Origin: an uncultured bacterium
Lineage (GTDB): Bacteria > CSSED10-310 > CAZUFC01
NCBI GenBank assembly: GCA_964619725.1
Contig: CAZUFC010000089.1
Coordinates: 1-36,956, forward strand
Length of the DNA: 36,956 nt
Direction of reading: 5' to 3'
The position numbers and the translations under genes were made by a program. The notes under the pieces were generated by a model that searched no databases, was not told the origin of the DNA, and saw only the letters and a list, made by a program, of their open reading frames with translations. Numbering within the stretch: the stretch's first letter is position 1; each line of letters opens with the position of its first letter. This document shows, in pieces, positions 18,645 to 27,705 of the stretch.

Positions 18645-19360
18645 AAAAGCAGGATGAAGAAGAAGAGAATCGTAGTTGAGTGGACGAATTGGAATATATG
18701 GCCGGTTTCTTCGAAAATGATATAGGAAGAGTAATGGAAAGGCGAAAACATCTTTATTTTACTTGAGAGAAGATGCGTATTGTTGAGGATGAAAGGGGCG
18801 AGGAAGATGAGTATGATTGAAGAGCCGACGGCTGTGGCCAGTAAGGGCGATTTAATAAAAGTTGCGACAGCGAAATAGACGGTTACGGCGAATACCGAGC
18901 CCAGGGTCGTCAGATAAATGATGGCGGTAAATAAGCGGGACGGACAGTTGGGCAGCAGCCTGGAAAAATGAAGATAGCCCAGGTATTGACTCATGCCTAT
19001 CAGAATCACAACCGAAAAAACTACTGCCGTAAACCTGTTTTTTAGGAAAAGATTACTCGTCAAATCGAGGTTGCGGTATCTTCTCAACGATTGCCGGGCG
19101 TTTACTCCGTTGAGCAATCCGTGTGTGAGCATCGCCGGCAGGAGAAGGAATTCGATGGGAGCGGTAACGAATTTAAACCAGAACCGCATAAATACCTTGA
19201 ACAGTCCGGGATATATCAGGAGATGCTCCAGGGAAGAAGGTCCGTCAATAAGCCAGGAACTGAAATACTGGGGCAGCAGGAAAACCAGCAGGTTAAACAG
19301 GGCGAAAAGCGATACGGCTTTCCAGGAGAGCAGTATATTTTTCAATTCTTCGACAAACAT
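18611..19360 (-). CDS. Multi-pass membrane protein, ABC-2 permease-like
   Basis: About 6 hydrophobic segments, an N-terminal EELKNIL and a C-terminal FSPFHY typical of ABC-2 permeases; no ATPase nearby. Confidence 0.6.
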   Translation of the reverse strand: MFVEELKNILLSWKAVSLFALFNLLVFLLPQYFSSWLIDGPSSLEHLLIYPGLFKVFMRFWFKFVTAPIEFLLLPAMLTHGLLNGVNARQSLRRYRNLDLTSNLFLKNRFTAVVFSVVILIGMSQYLGYLHFSRLLPNCPSRLFTAIIYLTTLGSVFAVTVYFAVATFIKSPLLATAVGSSIILIFLAPFILNNTHLLSSKIKMFSPFHYSSYIIFEETGHIFQFVHSTTILFFFILLFYEIAARNISR

Positions 19361-19426
19361 CTGATTTTCAATTATTCCCCGGTAAACAACGGATGCGAGA
19401 GAAACGTATCGTGCTTTTCAGCGGCC

Positions 19427-19492
19427 AATGATGGGTCAGGGGAAAGAGGATTTTTTTCTTTAAGGTCGCTTTTTTTCCCCTGTCCCATCATT
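19427..19492. terminator. Long stem-loop downstream of the ATP-grasp pair
   Basis: AATGATGGGTCAGGGGAAA pairs with TTTCCCCTGTCCCATCATT (19 bp, one mismatch). Confidence 0.5.
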
Positions 19493-19528
19493 TCTTCAGG
19501 TATGCCGGTCTTCACCGGTCAATGCGGA

Positions 19529-20914
19529 TTATTTGATCTTCAATTCAGTCTTGTTTTTCATCAGCGCGTCAAGCAGAGGACCAAAGTTCAATTTTTCCAG
19601 GAATTTTTTGTTTTTGACGTAACCGATGACCAGGGGAGAAATTTCAGCGCCTGATGTGATATTTGTCAGGAGAGAATTGCCGCTTTCAACGTCCGGTCCG
19701 CAGGGAACGGAGCGTGAAAAACCGGAAAGGAAGTTCCATTCGCGGGCTGCGGGATCGTAAAGCCAGTTGATGCGCGTATCATAGACCAGGCGTTCCCTGT
19801 CGTTGAGCACGCGTGCATCTGTCAAGCGCAATTGCTGAATGGCGGTATCTTCGGTAAAGTCGTCGAATTCCTTGAGTTCTTTTTCCAGTCTGTGGTCGTC
19901 CAGCAGGTCCATGTGTCTGCCGTCATATTTAAGATAAAGGAAATCGCAGGCTTTTGCTGCGTATTTTTCGGCAAGATTCAGAAATACGCCTTTGCCTCCG
20001 GTTGAATTCCATTTTTTAACGACATAACCGCCGAATGACGCCAGTCGGGCGACAGATTCGGAGCTGATCTCATCTCCAAGCAGCGTAATCGGGCGCGAAA
20101 TTTTGCCTTTTCCCGCAGCTTCATATCTTCTGAAGACTTTTTCCTCAATGGTTTTGGACCTGAGATCGTCTATTTTCCAGGGATTGATGAAAATCGTTTC
20201 CGGCGTATGGTTGATGATCTGATCGGCTTTTTCCTCACCATAGAACATGGGAACGTGGATACGCTCTATGCGCCGGTAGCAGAAGTCCAAAGGAACGTCG
20301 CCGATCCATAATTTACCGTCTTTTACATAAGGGTTTTCATCAGGAGTAACCCGGTATACTTTCAGTCCGAAATCCTTGAATCCTTCTTCCATAGCGACAT
20401 GGGCCGCTTCCTCTTCGCTTTCCGGATAAGGTCTGGTAAAGATTCCGACGCGAGGCATTCCTGAGCCGCCTTTAGCGTGCCAGAGGTCGGCGAAGACTTT
20501 GGCGATTTTCTGCCTGATCTGAGTCGGGTGAGTCGGATATTCTACTTCATCCGGCTGGAATCCTTTGGCCTGCAGTCTGCGGTACAGTTTATAGGAATCA
20601 AGATTGGGACAGGCGGGATAAGAATTGCAGCAGGGTCCTTCAACCAGGGTGGGTCTGATGTCGCAGAGCCGATAAGGGTTTTCCGGGTCCACTTCGCACA
20701 TGATCAATACGTCCAATCCCAACAGAAAACTGTGCGGCAAATTTTCTTCCTTGCAATAATCCATGTAAGCGGCCAAAGAGTTTTTGCAGATGTCTTTTAC
20801 GTAATCCCAGGCCTGGTCGACGATCCATGTCGGCGAATCGTCATGGCACGGCAATTCCGATTGGCGTCCTCGACCGCCGTCAATCAACGTGAGGTCTTCA
20901 TTTTCATATTTCAT
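19529..20914 (-). CDS. Circularly permuted ATP-grasp ligase-like protein (paralog 2)
   Basis: N-terminal GLDVL...VEGPCCNSYP, then YRRIE, INPW...RSK, VVKKWNSTGGKGV, IQQL, YDTRI, SGFSR and SLLTNITSGA, in the order of type 2 circularly permuted ATP-grasps. Confidence 0.7.
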   Translation of the reverse strand: MKYENEDLTLIDGGRGRQSELPCHDDSPTWIVDQAWDYVKDICKNSLAAYMDYCKEENLPHSFLLGLDVLIMCEVDPENPYRLCDIRPTLVEGPCCNSYPACPNLDSYKLYRRLQAKGFQPDEVEYPTHPTQIRQKIAKVFADLWHAKGGSGMPRVGIFTRPYPESEEEAAHVAMEEGFKDFGLKVYRVTPDENPYVKDGKLWIGDVPLDFCYRRIERIHVPMFYGEEKADQIINHTPETIFINPWKIDDLRSKTIEEKVFRRYEAAGKGKISRPITLLGDEISSESVARLASFGGYVVKKWNSTGGKGVFLNLAEKYAAKACDFLYLKYDGRHMDLLDDHRLEKELKEFDDFTEDTAIQQLRLTDARVLNDRERLVYDTRINWLYDPAAREWNFLSGFSRSVPCGPDVESGNSLLTNITSGAEISPLVIGYVKNKKFLEKLNFGPLLDALMKNKTELKIK

Positions 20915-20952
20915 CGATAAAGCTTCCTTGAGAAAGAGTTAGAAATTACAGT

Positions 20953-22341
20953 TCAATCGATATTTTTTATGTCGAATTCCGTTTTTCCGTCAAGCAGTGC
21001 GGTCATCAGCGGACCGAAGTTCATATGGTCGCGTGTCTGATCCTTTTTGGTGTAACCCATGATCAGCGGCGATATTTCAGCGCCGGCGCTTATGTTCGTC
21101 AAAAGGGAGTTTCCGCTTTCAACGTCAGGACCGCAGGGTACCGAGCGGGAAATGCCGGACAGGAATTCCCATTTTTTATTTAAAGCATCATAAATGACGT
21201 TGATCCGCGTATCATAAGTCAACCGCCGATTATCGCCCAGGTTTCGAGCATCCAGGAACCGCAATTGCTGAATGGATGTGTCCTCCTTGAAATCATCATA
21301 TTTCTTCAGCTCCTCTTCCAGCTCAGGATCCGAAAGACTCATCATGTGTCGTCCGTCATATCGGAGGTATAACTTGTCCGCCGCTTTGCCGGCGACATCT
21401 TTCGCTATGTGGAGGAATACGCCTTTGCCTCCGGTGGAATTCCACTTTTTCATGGCAAAACCGCCGCGGTCCGCCAGTTTACGGACGTTTTCCGAAGTAA
21501 TTTCATCGCCTAACAGGGTTTTGGGTCGCGACAGTTTTTCGCCGGATTCCGATTCCCAGAGCCGAAAACAGCGTTCTTCCTTTGTTTTGGAGCGAAGGTC
21601 GTCTATTTTCCATGGATTGATCCAGAACGTGTTCGGAGTTTCATTGATGATCTGATTTCCGAGTTTTTCACCGTAGAATTCAGGAACATGAATTCGTTCA
21701 ATTCTTCGATAGCACATATCCATGGGTTTATCGTTCACCCAGATTTTACCGTCTTTTACGGCGGGTTTCTCGTTGGGCGTTATGCGATAAGCTTCCAGTC
21801 CTGCTTTTTGAAAACCCTTCAGAGTCGTCAGGTGAGCGGTTTCTTCTTCACTGTGTTCATAGGGGCGCGTGAACACTCCAACCACAGGATTGCCTTCATG
21901 ACCCATCGCAGCCCAGCATTTTTTGAACATGCCGGCAAGCTTATTCAGGATTTGAGAAGGATGCGTGGGATATTCCACGGCATCAGGGTTCCTGCCGTCC
22001 AGGACGAGTTTCCGGTAAAGTCTGTATGACCATAAATTGGGACAGGCCGGATAAGAATTGCAGCAGGGTCCTTCCACCATGGTCGCTCGAATGTCCGTAA
22101 CCTTGTCGGGATCAGAACGATCTACCTCGCCCATGATCAGAATGTCCAGACCCAAAAGGTAGCTGTGAGGCAGGTTGTGATGCTTGCAGTAGTTCATGTA
22201 GGCGTACAAGGCTGTGACAGCCGTTCGCTTTACCTGCGTCCACGCTTCATCCACTACCCACGTCGGGGATTCAATATAGGAAGGAAGTTCATACTCTTTG
22301 CCCTTGTCGCCGATAAGAAGTCTCAGGTCCTCTTTTTCCAT
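20953..22341 (-). CDS. Circularly permuted ATP-grasp ligase-like protein (paralog 1)
   Basis: Same motif set as the neighbouring gene with long identical blocks. Start moved to ATG 22341 (MEKEDL, after AAGGAG), which aligns with paralog 2. Confidence 0.7.
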   Translation of the reverse strand: MEKEDLRLLIGDKGKEYELPSYIESPTWVVDEAWTQVKRTAVTALYAYMNYCKHHNLPHSYLLGLDILIMGEVDRSDPDKVTDIRATMVEGPCCNSYPACPNLWSYRLYRKLVLDGRNPDAVEYPTHPSQILNKLAGMFKKCWAAMGHEGNPVVGVFTRPYEHSEEETAHLTTLKGFQKAGLEAYRITPNEKPAVKDGKIWVNDKPMDMCYRRIERIHVPEFYGEKLGNQIINETPNTFWINPWKIDDLRSKTKEERCFRLWESESGEKLSRPKTLLGDEITSENVRKLADRGGFAMKKWNSTGGKGVFLHIAKDVAGKAADKLYLRYDGRHMMSLSDPELEEELKKYDDFKEDTSIQQLRFLDARNLGDNRRLTYDTRINVIYDALNKKWEFLSGISRSVPCGPDVESGNSLLTNISAGAEISPLIMGYTKKDQTRDHMNFGPLMTALLDGKTEFDIKNID

Positions 22342-22487
22342 CTTTGTCAAATCTCCTTGTTTAGGCCGCTTATTCCTCCAAGCGCCCTCATTACCATTGT
22401 TCACGTTAAAATATCTCAAAAAAAATATGCCGTCTGTTCATCCGCATTCCTGAATTTCGCTGTACAGTCAAGACAGAAAGCCTGTCC

Positions 22488-22515
22488 ATTTTAAAAAAAA
22501 TATACGGTTTGTCAA
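22488..22515 (-). promoter_or_regulatory. Putative sigma70 promoter for the ATP-grasp pair
   Basis: Minus strand TTGACA-N16-TAAAAT. Confidence 0.5.
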
Positions 22516-22614
22516 TCATTTAAAAAAATAAAGGTTGCTAAATAGCGCACAGAGCGTACATAATGGCAAAGGGTAAGGATTCTGAAACATGAATTTCAAC
22601 CAGGAAATAATAAA

Positions 22615-23847
22615 ATGAACAAAGCTTTGCCCGGAATCAGGCATGATATTGAAGTCATTCCGACAGAATATCAGGGGGAGAGAGGTTTCCTCGTCAGGGA
22701 TCATCTTGGTTTGATATCACAGCCTATTCTGCTGAAAGGCGATATATTGAATTTCGTCCGGCTGCTCGACGGCAAAAGGAGCATAAGGGATATTCAGAGT
22801 TTCCTGATGAGGCAACAGGGAGGCGCACTCGTGGACTCAAGGGAAATCGCCGCCCTTGCTGAAAAACTAGATTCGGTCTATCTCCTGAACAGCGAACGAT
22901 ACCAAGAGGCCAAAGCCAGGCTCATCGCTGATTATTCCCATGAAACAGTCAGAAAAGCCGCATTTGCCGGCAGCGCCTATCCCGATGATGAAAAAGAATT
23001 ATCAGAATACCTGGATTCCATACTCGAAACGGCGAGGGTTCCCGAAAGTTCCGAAAATCCTTCTTCCGGTGAAACCGATTTCCGTGTGCGAGCTCTTATC
23101 GCTCCCCATATCGATATTGAAATCGGAAAAAGTATCTACGCTCGGGCCTATAACAGCATCAGACGGTCTTCGCCGAAACGGGTATTGCTGCTGGGTACCG
23201 ATCATCACTTGCAGGAATGCTATTTTTCAATATCCACAAAAAAATTTGAAACGCCTTTCGGCGCCGTCGAAACCGACAAAGAAGCAGCAGAAAAAATGAA
23301 AAAAGCCGGCAAAAGCGCGGTCGCGCCGTCTGATATTACTCATCGCAACGAACATTCCCTCGAGTTTCAAATTATCTTTTTGCAGCATCTCTTCAAGGAA
23401 CCTTTCACTATTATTCCAGTTTTGTGCGGCTCCTTCATGCCTTTAACCAAGGTCTACAGGCGTCCGAGAGAAGCGCCGGGTGTAGGACAGGTCCTGGAAA
23501 TCATTGAGGAATTAGTTTCGGAGAGCCCTGAAACTCTGGTGACGGCAGGCGTGGATTTTTCACATATAGGACCGAAATTCGGGCATCAGCGAACGGCAGC
23601 CGATATGATGGCGGAGGCGGAGCAGCATGACAAGCGGTTGATCCAGGCCATTCTTGACGGCGATGCTGAAGAATTATGGAATGAAACCAGGCGTGTCGAG
23701 GGAGAATACAACGTATGCGGATTCGGCGCTTTATCCTGTCTCCTTGAAGTTATGCCCGATTCGAAAGGAACGCTTCTCGGATATGAATTCTGGAACGAGG
23801 AGCCGACGCTTTCAGCCGTGAGTTATGCGGCGATACTGCTGAAGTAA
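22615..23847 (+). CDS. amrB: Memo-family protein (AmmeMemoRadiSam protein B) with a ~100-aa N-terminal extension
   Basis: VRKAAFAGSAYP, APHID, LLGTDH, FETPFG, EHSLEFQ, DFSHIGPKFG, NVCG and SAVSYAA. Confidence 0.88.
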   Translation: MNKALPGIRHDIEVIPTEYQGERGFLVRDHLGLISQPILLKGDILNFVRLLDGKRSIRDIQSFLMRQQGGALVDSREIAALAEKLDSVYLLNSERYQEAKARLIADYSHETVRKAAFAGSAYPDDEKELSEYLDSILETARVPESSENPSSGETDFRVRALIAPHIDIEIGKSIYARAYNSIRRSSPKRVLLLGTDHHLQECYFSISTKKFETPFGAVETDKEAAEKMKKAGKSAVAPSDITHRNEHSLEFQIIFLQHLFKEPFTIIPVLCGSFMPLTKVYRRPREAPGVGQVLEIIEELVSESPETLVTAGVDFSHIGPKFGHQRTAADMMAEAEQHDKRLIQAILDGDAEELWNETRRVEGEYNVCGFGALSCLLEVMPDSKGTLLGYEFWNEEPTLSAVSYAAILLK

Positions 23848-23932
23848 GGCGGTAGAATTTATTTTTGATTATACGGCAATATCGGCATAAAATTTGCGGC
23901 GCGTTAGACCGGCATTATTCGAGGAGGTCGGC

Positions 23933-25681
23933 ATGCGAATCAGAAGTCAGTTATTCATAGGCGTATCAATTTTAGTTTTATCGTTGCTGGCGATACAATG
24001 GTGGATTCATGTCCGGCAACTGAGGATACTGGAAGAGGAGCTCAGTGATGTAGCGACCAGTGTGGGAGAAGCATTGATATTGGGCGACGTCGCTTCTGCA
24101 GCGGGAACCGGAAAGAGTGAGCGAACCGGGTTTACAATGACTCAGATCGATATAGAGAAGATAATCGAGAAAGCGCTGGCATCAAGATCGGAGATGACGA
24201 ATTCAGAGGCGGAGGCTGAGAAGCAGGCCAGGGGAGATGAATTTTCTGATTTCGACGGAGAAGGTGAGGACGCGGATGCTTTTTTATCTTTGGATAATGA
24301 GATCAAGAGGGATAAAAATGGGAAGCAGGCTGGGGCAGAAAAAGGGAGAGCTCCGGGATCGGTTTCAGATGAAGAATCGAAGGAGGCGAACCTGGTCGTC
24401 ATGGATAAGCGGACCGGTTCTGGGAACAGAGTGGTATTGAAGCGGAAGGTTTTCATGCCCCATGCAGATGAAGATTTTCTGTCTTCTTTGGAGAATTTGA
24501 AGGAGCTGAGAAATTTAGAGCATTTGAATAAATTAGAGCAATGGCAGAACATGAAATTTATTGATCTGTCATCGTTGGATGAGGAAGTCGAGGGAGCGTT
24601 GCGGAGTGCGCAGGAGGCATTAAAGGAGATCGAATTGAGAGTGGAGGCATATGAAGACGGTTCCGAGTTTACGCTTGTGATAGACGGGGCGCCGGGAGGA
24701 GTCCGAAAGGTTCCGATACCGGTAGAGCGCTCAGTGGATTCTATTCAGGCCAATATGCATCAAGGGTTCGTAGCAGGGGGATTGCTGTTGGTTCTGGGAT
24801 TGACGGCTTCCGGACTTCTGTCCCATAGACTGACCAGGCCGTTGAGGGAATTGGAAAGCGGCGTAGCTGCGCTAGGCCGGGGAGAGCTTGGAACGACTAT
24901 AGAACCGACGGCGGGAGGGGAGATAGGGAACGTTCAGGCAGCTTTTAATCAAATGTCGCAGAGGTTGGCTGAACTGGAAAGAGAAAAGGAGCGATGGCGG
25001 AATAGAGAACATGTCGCGGAACTCGGCCTTCTGGCCCGGGCGCTGGCGCATGCGTTGCGCAATCCTTTGAATACGCTGGGATTGCTGATCGGGGAACTGG
25101 CTGCTCTGGCCGGAGAAAAGCAAGCGGATATGGTTGAAACGGCTCAGAATCAGTTGAAAAGGATCGACCGCCGTGTGCGTCTGTTTTTGTCTGTAGGAAC
25201 CAGCCGGGCAGCGGATACGGAAATTACGGACTTACATGACCTGGTGCGGGACGTGATGCTGGAGACGGCCCAGGAGGGCGCGGATATTGATTTCAAAGAG
25301 TATGACAGCCCGTTGCATATCAGCGCCATTCCGACAGCGCTGCGTTCCGCGCTAGGAAATCTGATCGTCAACGCGATAGAAGCATCCGGTGAAACGGTCA
25401 TAATTGAACTTGCTAAAGAAGAAAATGAAGCCGTGATAAAGGTCGTCGATAAAGGGCCCGGTTTGCCGGAAAACGTCAGAAACAACCTCTTCAAACCTCA
25501 TGTAACGACAAAAATCAACGGCTCAGGCATGGGACTTTTTCTGTCCAGGCAGATTATCGAGAGCGCTCACGAAGGCAAGTTGATGCTGTATTCAGGAGCG
25601 ACAGTAGGAACCGTCGCTGAAATCAGGTTGCCGCTGGCTGAAGAAGAAGCAGGTTCGGACGAATCGGAGGATTTATTATGA
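23933..25681 (+). CDS. Membrane sensor histidine kinase with HAMP domain
   Basis: Two TM helices around an acidic extracytoplasmic region, HAMP LTRPL...EIGNVQAAFNQM, H-box LAHALRNPL, NLIVNAIEA, DKGPG and GSGMGL. Start ATG 23933 follows GAGGAGG. Confidence 0.9.
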   Translation: MRIRSQLFIGVSILVLSLLAIQWWIHVRQLRILEEELSDVATSVGEALILGDVASAAGTGKSERTGFTMTQIDIEKIIEKALASRSEMTNSEAEAEKQARGDEFSDFDGEGEDADAFLSLDNEIKRDKNGKQAGAEKGRAPGSVSDEESKEANLVVMDKRTGSGNRVVLKRKVFMPHADEDFLSSLENLKELRNLEHLNKLEQWQNMKFIDLSSLDEEVEGALRSAQEALKEIELRVEAYEDGSEFTLVIDGAPGGVRKVPIPVERSVDSIQANMHQGFVAGGLLLVLGLTASGLLSHRLTRPLRELESGVAALGRGELGTTIEPTAGGEIGNVQAAFNQMSQRLAELEREKERWRNREHVAELGLLARALAHALRNPLNTLGLLIGELAALAGEKQADMVETAQNQLKRIDRRVRLFLSVGTSRAADTEITDLHDLVRDVMLETAQEGADIDFKEYDSPLHISAIPTALRSALGNLIVNAIEASGETVIIELAKEENEAVIKVVDKGPGLPENVRNNLFKPHVTTKINGSGMGLFLSRQIIESAHEGKLMLYSGATVGTVAEIRLPLAEEEAGSDESEDLL

Positions 25682-27045
25682 ATAAACGGGGCATAGAGCT
25701 TCTTGTTATTGAAGATGAGGCGCCGCAAAGAAAAATTATTGCGCAGATTCTCCAGCAGGCCGGATACGAAATTCACGCTGTCGGAGATGCTGAGGAAGCC
25801 CTGCTGTATTTGAAAGAAACTGTACCCGATCTTATTCTGTGCGATTGGCGGCTTCCGGGAATGTCCGGGGGAGAATTGCTGGCGGAGGTTAAAAAGCGAC
25901 AGATAGAAGCTTCATTCGTAGTTATGACGGCGTATGGGTCGATATCGCACGCGGTGCAGGCCGTAAGAGACGGCGCTGATGATTATCTCGCCAAACCTTT
26001 CGAAAAAGAAACCCTTTTGCTGGCCATACAGAGAGCGTTGAAAACCAGACGGCTGGAATATGAAAATATCCGTCTCAGGCAGGAGATAGCTCAAAAAGAG
26101 GGCTTCGGACAGATTATAGGACGTTCCTCAGCTATTCAAAGCGTTTTTAAAACCTTAAAAAAGATCGCTGATACCGATGCTACGGTCCTTGTTACCGGCG
26201 AGTCGGGGACCGGCAAGGAACTTGTCGCCCGAAGCCTGCATTCAGAAAGCAGCAGAAAAAACAAACCCTTCGTGGCTATAAACTGCGCTGCCATACCTGA
26301 AACACTCATTGAAAGCGAATTGTTCGGACATGAAAAAGGCGCGTTTACGGGAGCTCATAAGCAAAGAAAAGGTAAATTTGAAGAAGCAGAATCAGGAACT
26401 CTTTTTCTGGATGAAATCGCAGCAATGTCACTGCCTTTGCAGGCCAAGCTTCTTCGAGTCCTCCAGGAAAAAAAATTCGCCAGGCTGGGAGGAACCGGAG
26501 AAATAGGATTCGACGTGCGCATAGTCGCTGCAAGCAATAAAGAACTCAGCGAACTGGTCTCAAAAGGCGAATTTCGTGAAGATTTATATTACAGACTGAA
26601 CGTCGTGCCCATCTTTATTCCCCCTTTGAGAAAAAGAATCGAAGATGTCCCCCTTTTGACCAATGCCTTTCTGAAACAGTTCGCTCAAAAACACAAAACT
26701 TCCGTCGGTTCCATACCTGCTTCAGTCATGCGGGCCCTCATGGAATACTCCTGGCCGGGAAACGTCAGGGAACTTTCCAACGTCATAGAAAGACTCCTGC
26801 TTCTTGCAGAAAACGGGACCATAAAAAAAGAAGACCTACCCCCGGAAATCAGAGAACCCCTTCAAGGCGCCGGCTGCCCCTTCCAGTTGCCTCCCGAAGG
26901 CATAGACTGGGAAAAAATGGAATCAAGCATACTCCAGCAAGCCCTCGATCGAGCAGGAGGAAACAAGACCTCTGCTGCAAAACTCCTCGGCCTCGGATAT
27001 AAGGCGTTCCTCTACCGCATCGAAAAATACAGCCTTTTGGATTAA
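25678..27045 (+). CDS. Sigma54-dependent response regulator (NtrC family)
   Basis: REC (IEDE, CDWRLPG), [37 protein letters not shown] and a Fis HTH; ATGA overlap with the kinase. Confidence 0.96.
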   Translation: MNKRGIELLVIEDEAPQRKIIAQILQQAGYEIHAVGDAEEALLYLKETVPDLILCDWRLPGMSGGELLAEVKKRQIEASFVVMTAYGSISHAVQAVRDGADDYLAKPFEKETLLLAIQRALKTRRLEYENIRLRQEIAQKEGFGQIIGRSSAIQSVFKTLKKIADTDATVLVTGESGTGKELVARSLHSESSRKNKPFVAINCAAIPETLIESELFGHEKGAFTGAHKQRKGKFEEAESGTLFLDEIAAMSLPLQAKLLRVLQEKKFARLGGTGEIGFDVRIVAASNKELSELVSKGEFREDLYYRLNVVPIFIPPLRKRIEDVPLLTNAFLKQFAQKHKTSVGSIPASVMRALMEYSWPGNVRELSNVIERLLLLAENGTIKKEDLPPEIREPLQGAGCPFQLPPEGIDWEKMESSILQQALDRAGGNKTSAAKLLGLGYKAFLYRIEKYSLLD

Positions 27046-27073
27046 ATCGGATGCTGGACTCTGGAGAGCGGTT

Positions 27074-27107
27074 TCCTCATTTGGGGATTCGATTCCTCAT
27101 TTGAGGA
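27074..27107. promoter_or_regulatory. Tandem palindromic sites, candidate enhancer (UAS) for an NtrC-type activator
   Basis: TCCTCATTTGGGGA (27074) and TCCTCATTTGAGGA (27094), 20-bp period. Confidence 0.5.
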
Positions 27108-27705
27108 TATGTTGTCGTTCATAAAGCTTTCTGAAAGCCTGCAGCATTTTTTCCCCTTTTTACTTCCTTATGCTTAGATATCAACCGCTGCCTGTCGAAG
27201 CCCCGATGCCCTCCGCGGGTTCTTTTCATAATAATATTTTGACTTTTCAGGAATGATTATTATAGAATTAAAAAAGCTTATTCAGTTACGAATCGCAGTA
27301 TCCCACCGGTTCACCGTCATACCCGCTTGTCGAAGCAAAAGCTGTTCCTGGCTGATTCTCACAATGCTTTTCCCGTGGAATCGATTGCCGGCGTGCATCA
27401 CAGAACCGAAAACGGTCGATAACGGAATATTCTGATTTAAAAAAGTCCCTCCGGATTTTTCCTTAAAGAAGCTGACGCGGAAGCGCTATTCATAGATTTT
27501 TGTGCGATTCGCTGATTTTTCTTGATCGCTTGCCCAGTATTCTTGCCTAATGCGGCCGAATCTGCTGAAACCCTGATGTTTTCATGAATAATTTTCGTGG
27601 AAAACAGGGGATTGAGGAAGCTGCATTCGATTGTTACGTCAGAGTGAAGCAGCATTCGGACGGGAACTCGAGATGAATTTATTACGGGGAAAATGAGGAG
27701 GTTTC

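Noticed and set aside
27335-27348. Minus-strand GG-N10-GC sigma54-like site (GGAACAGCTTTTGC)
   Set aside because: It points toward the 3' end of the regulator gene with no target ORF, and such a short match arises by chance.
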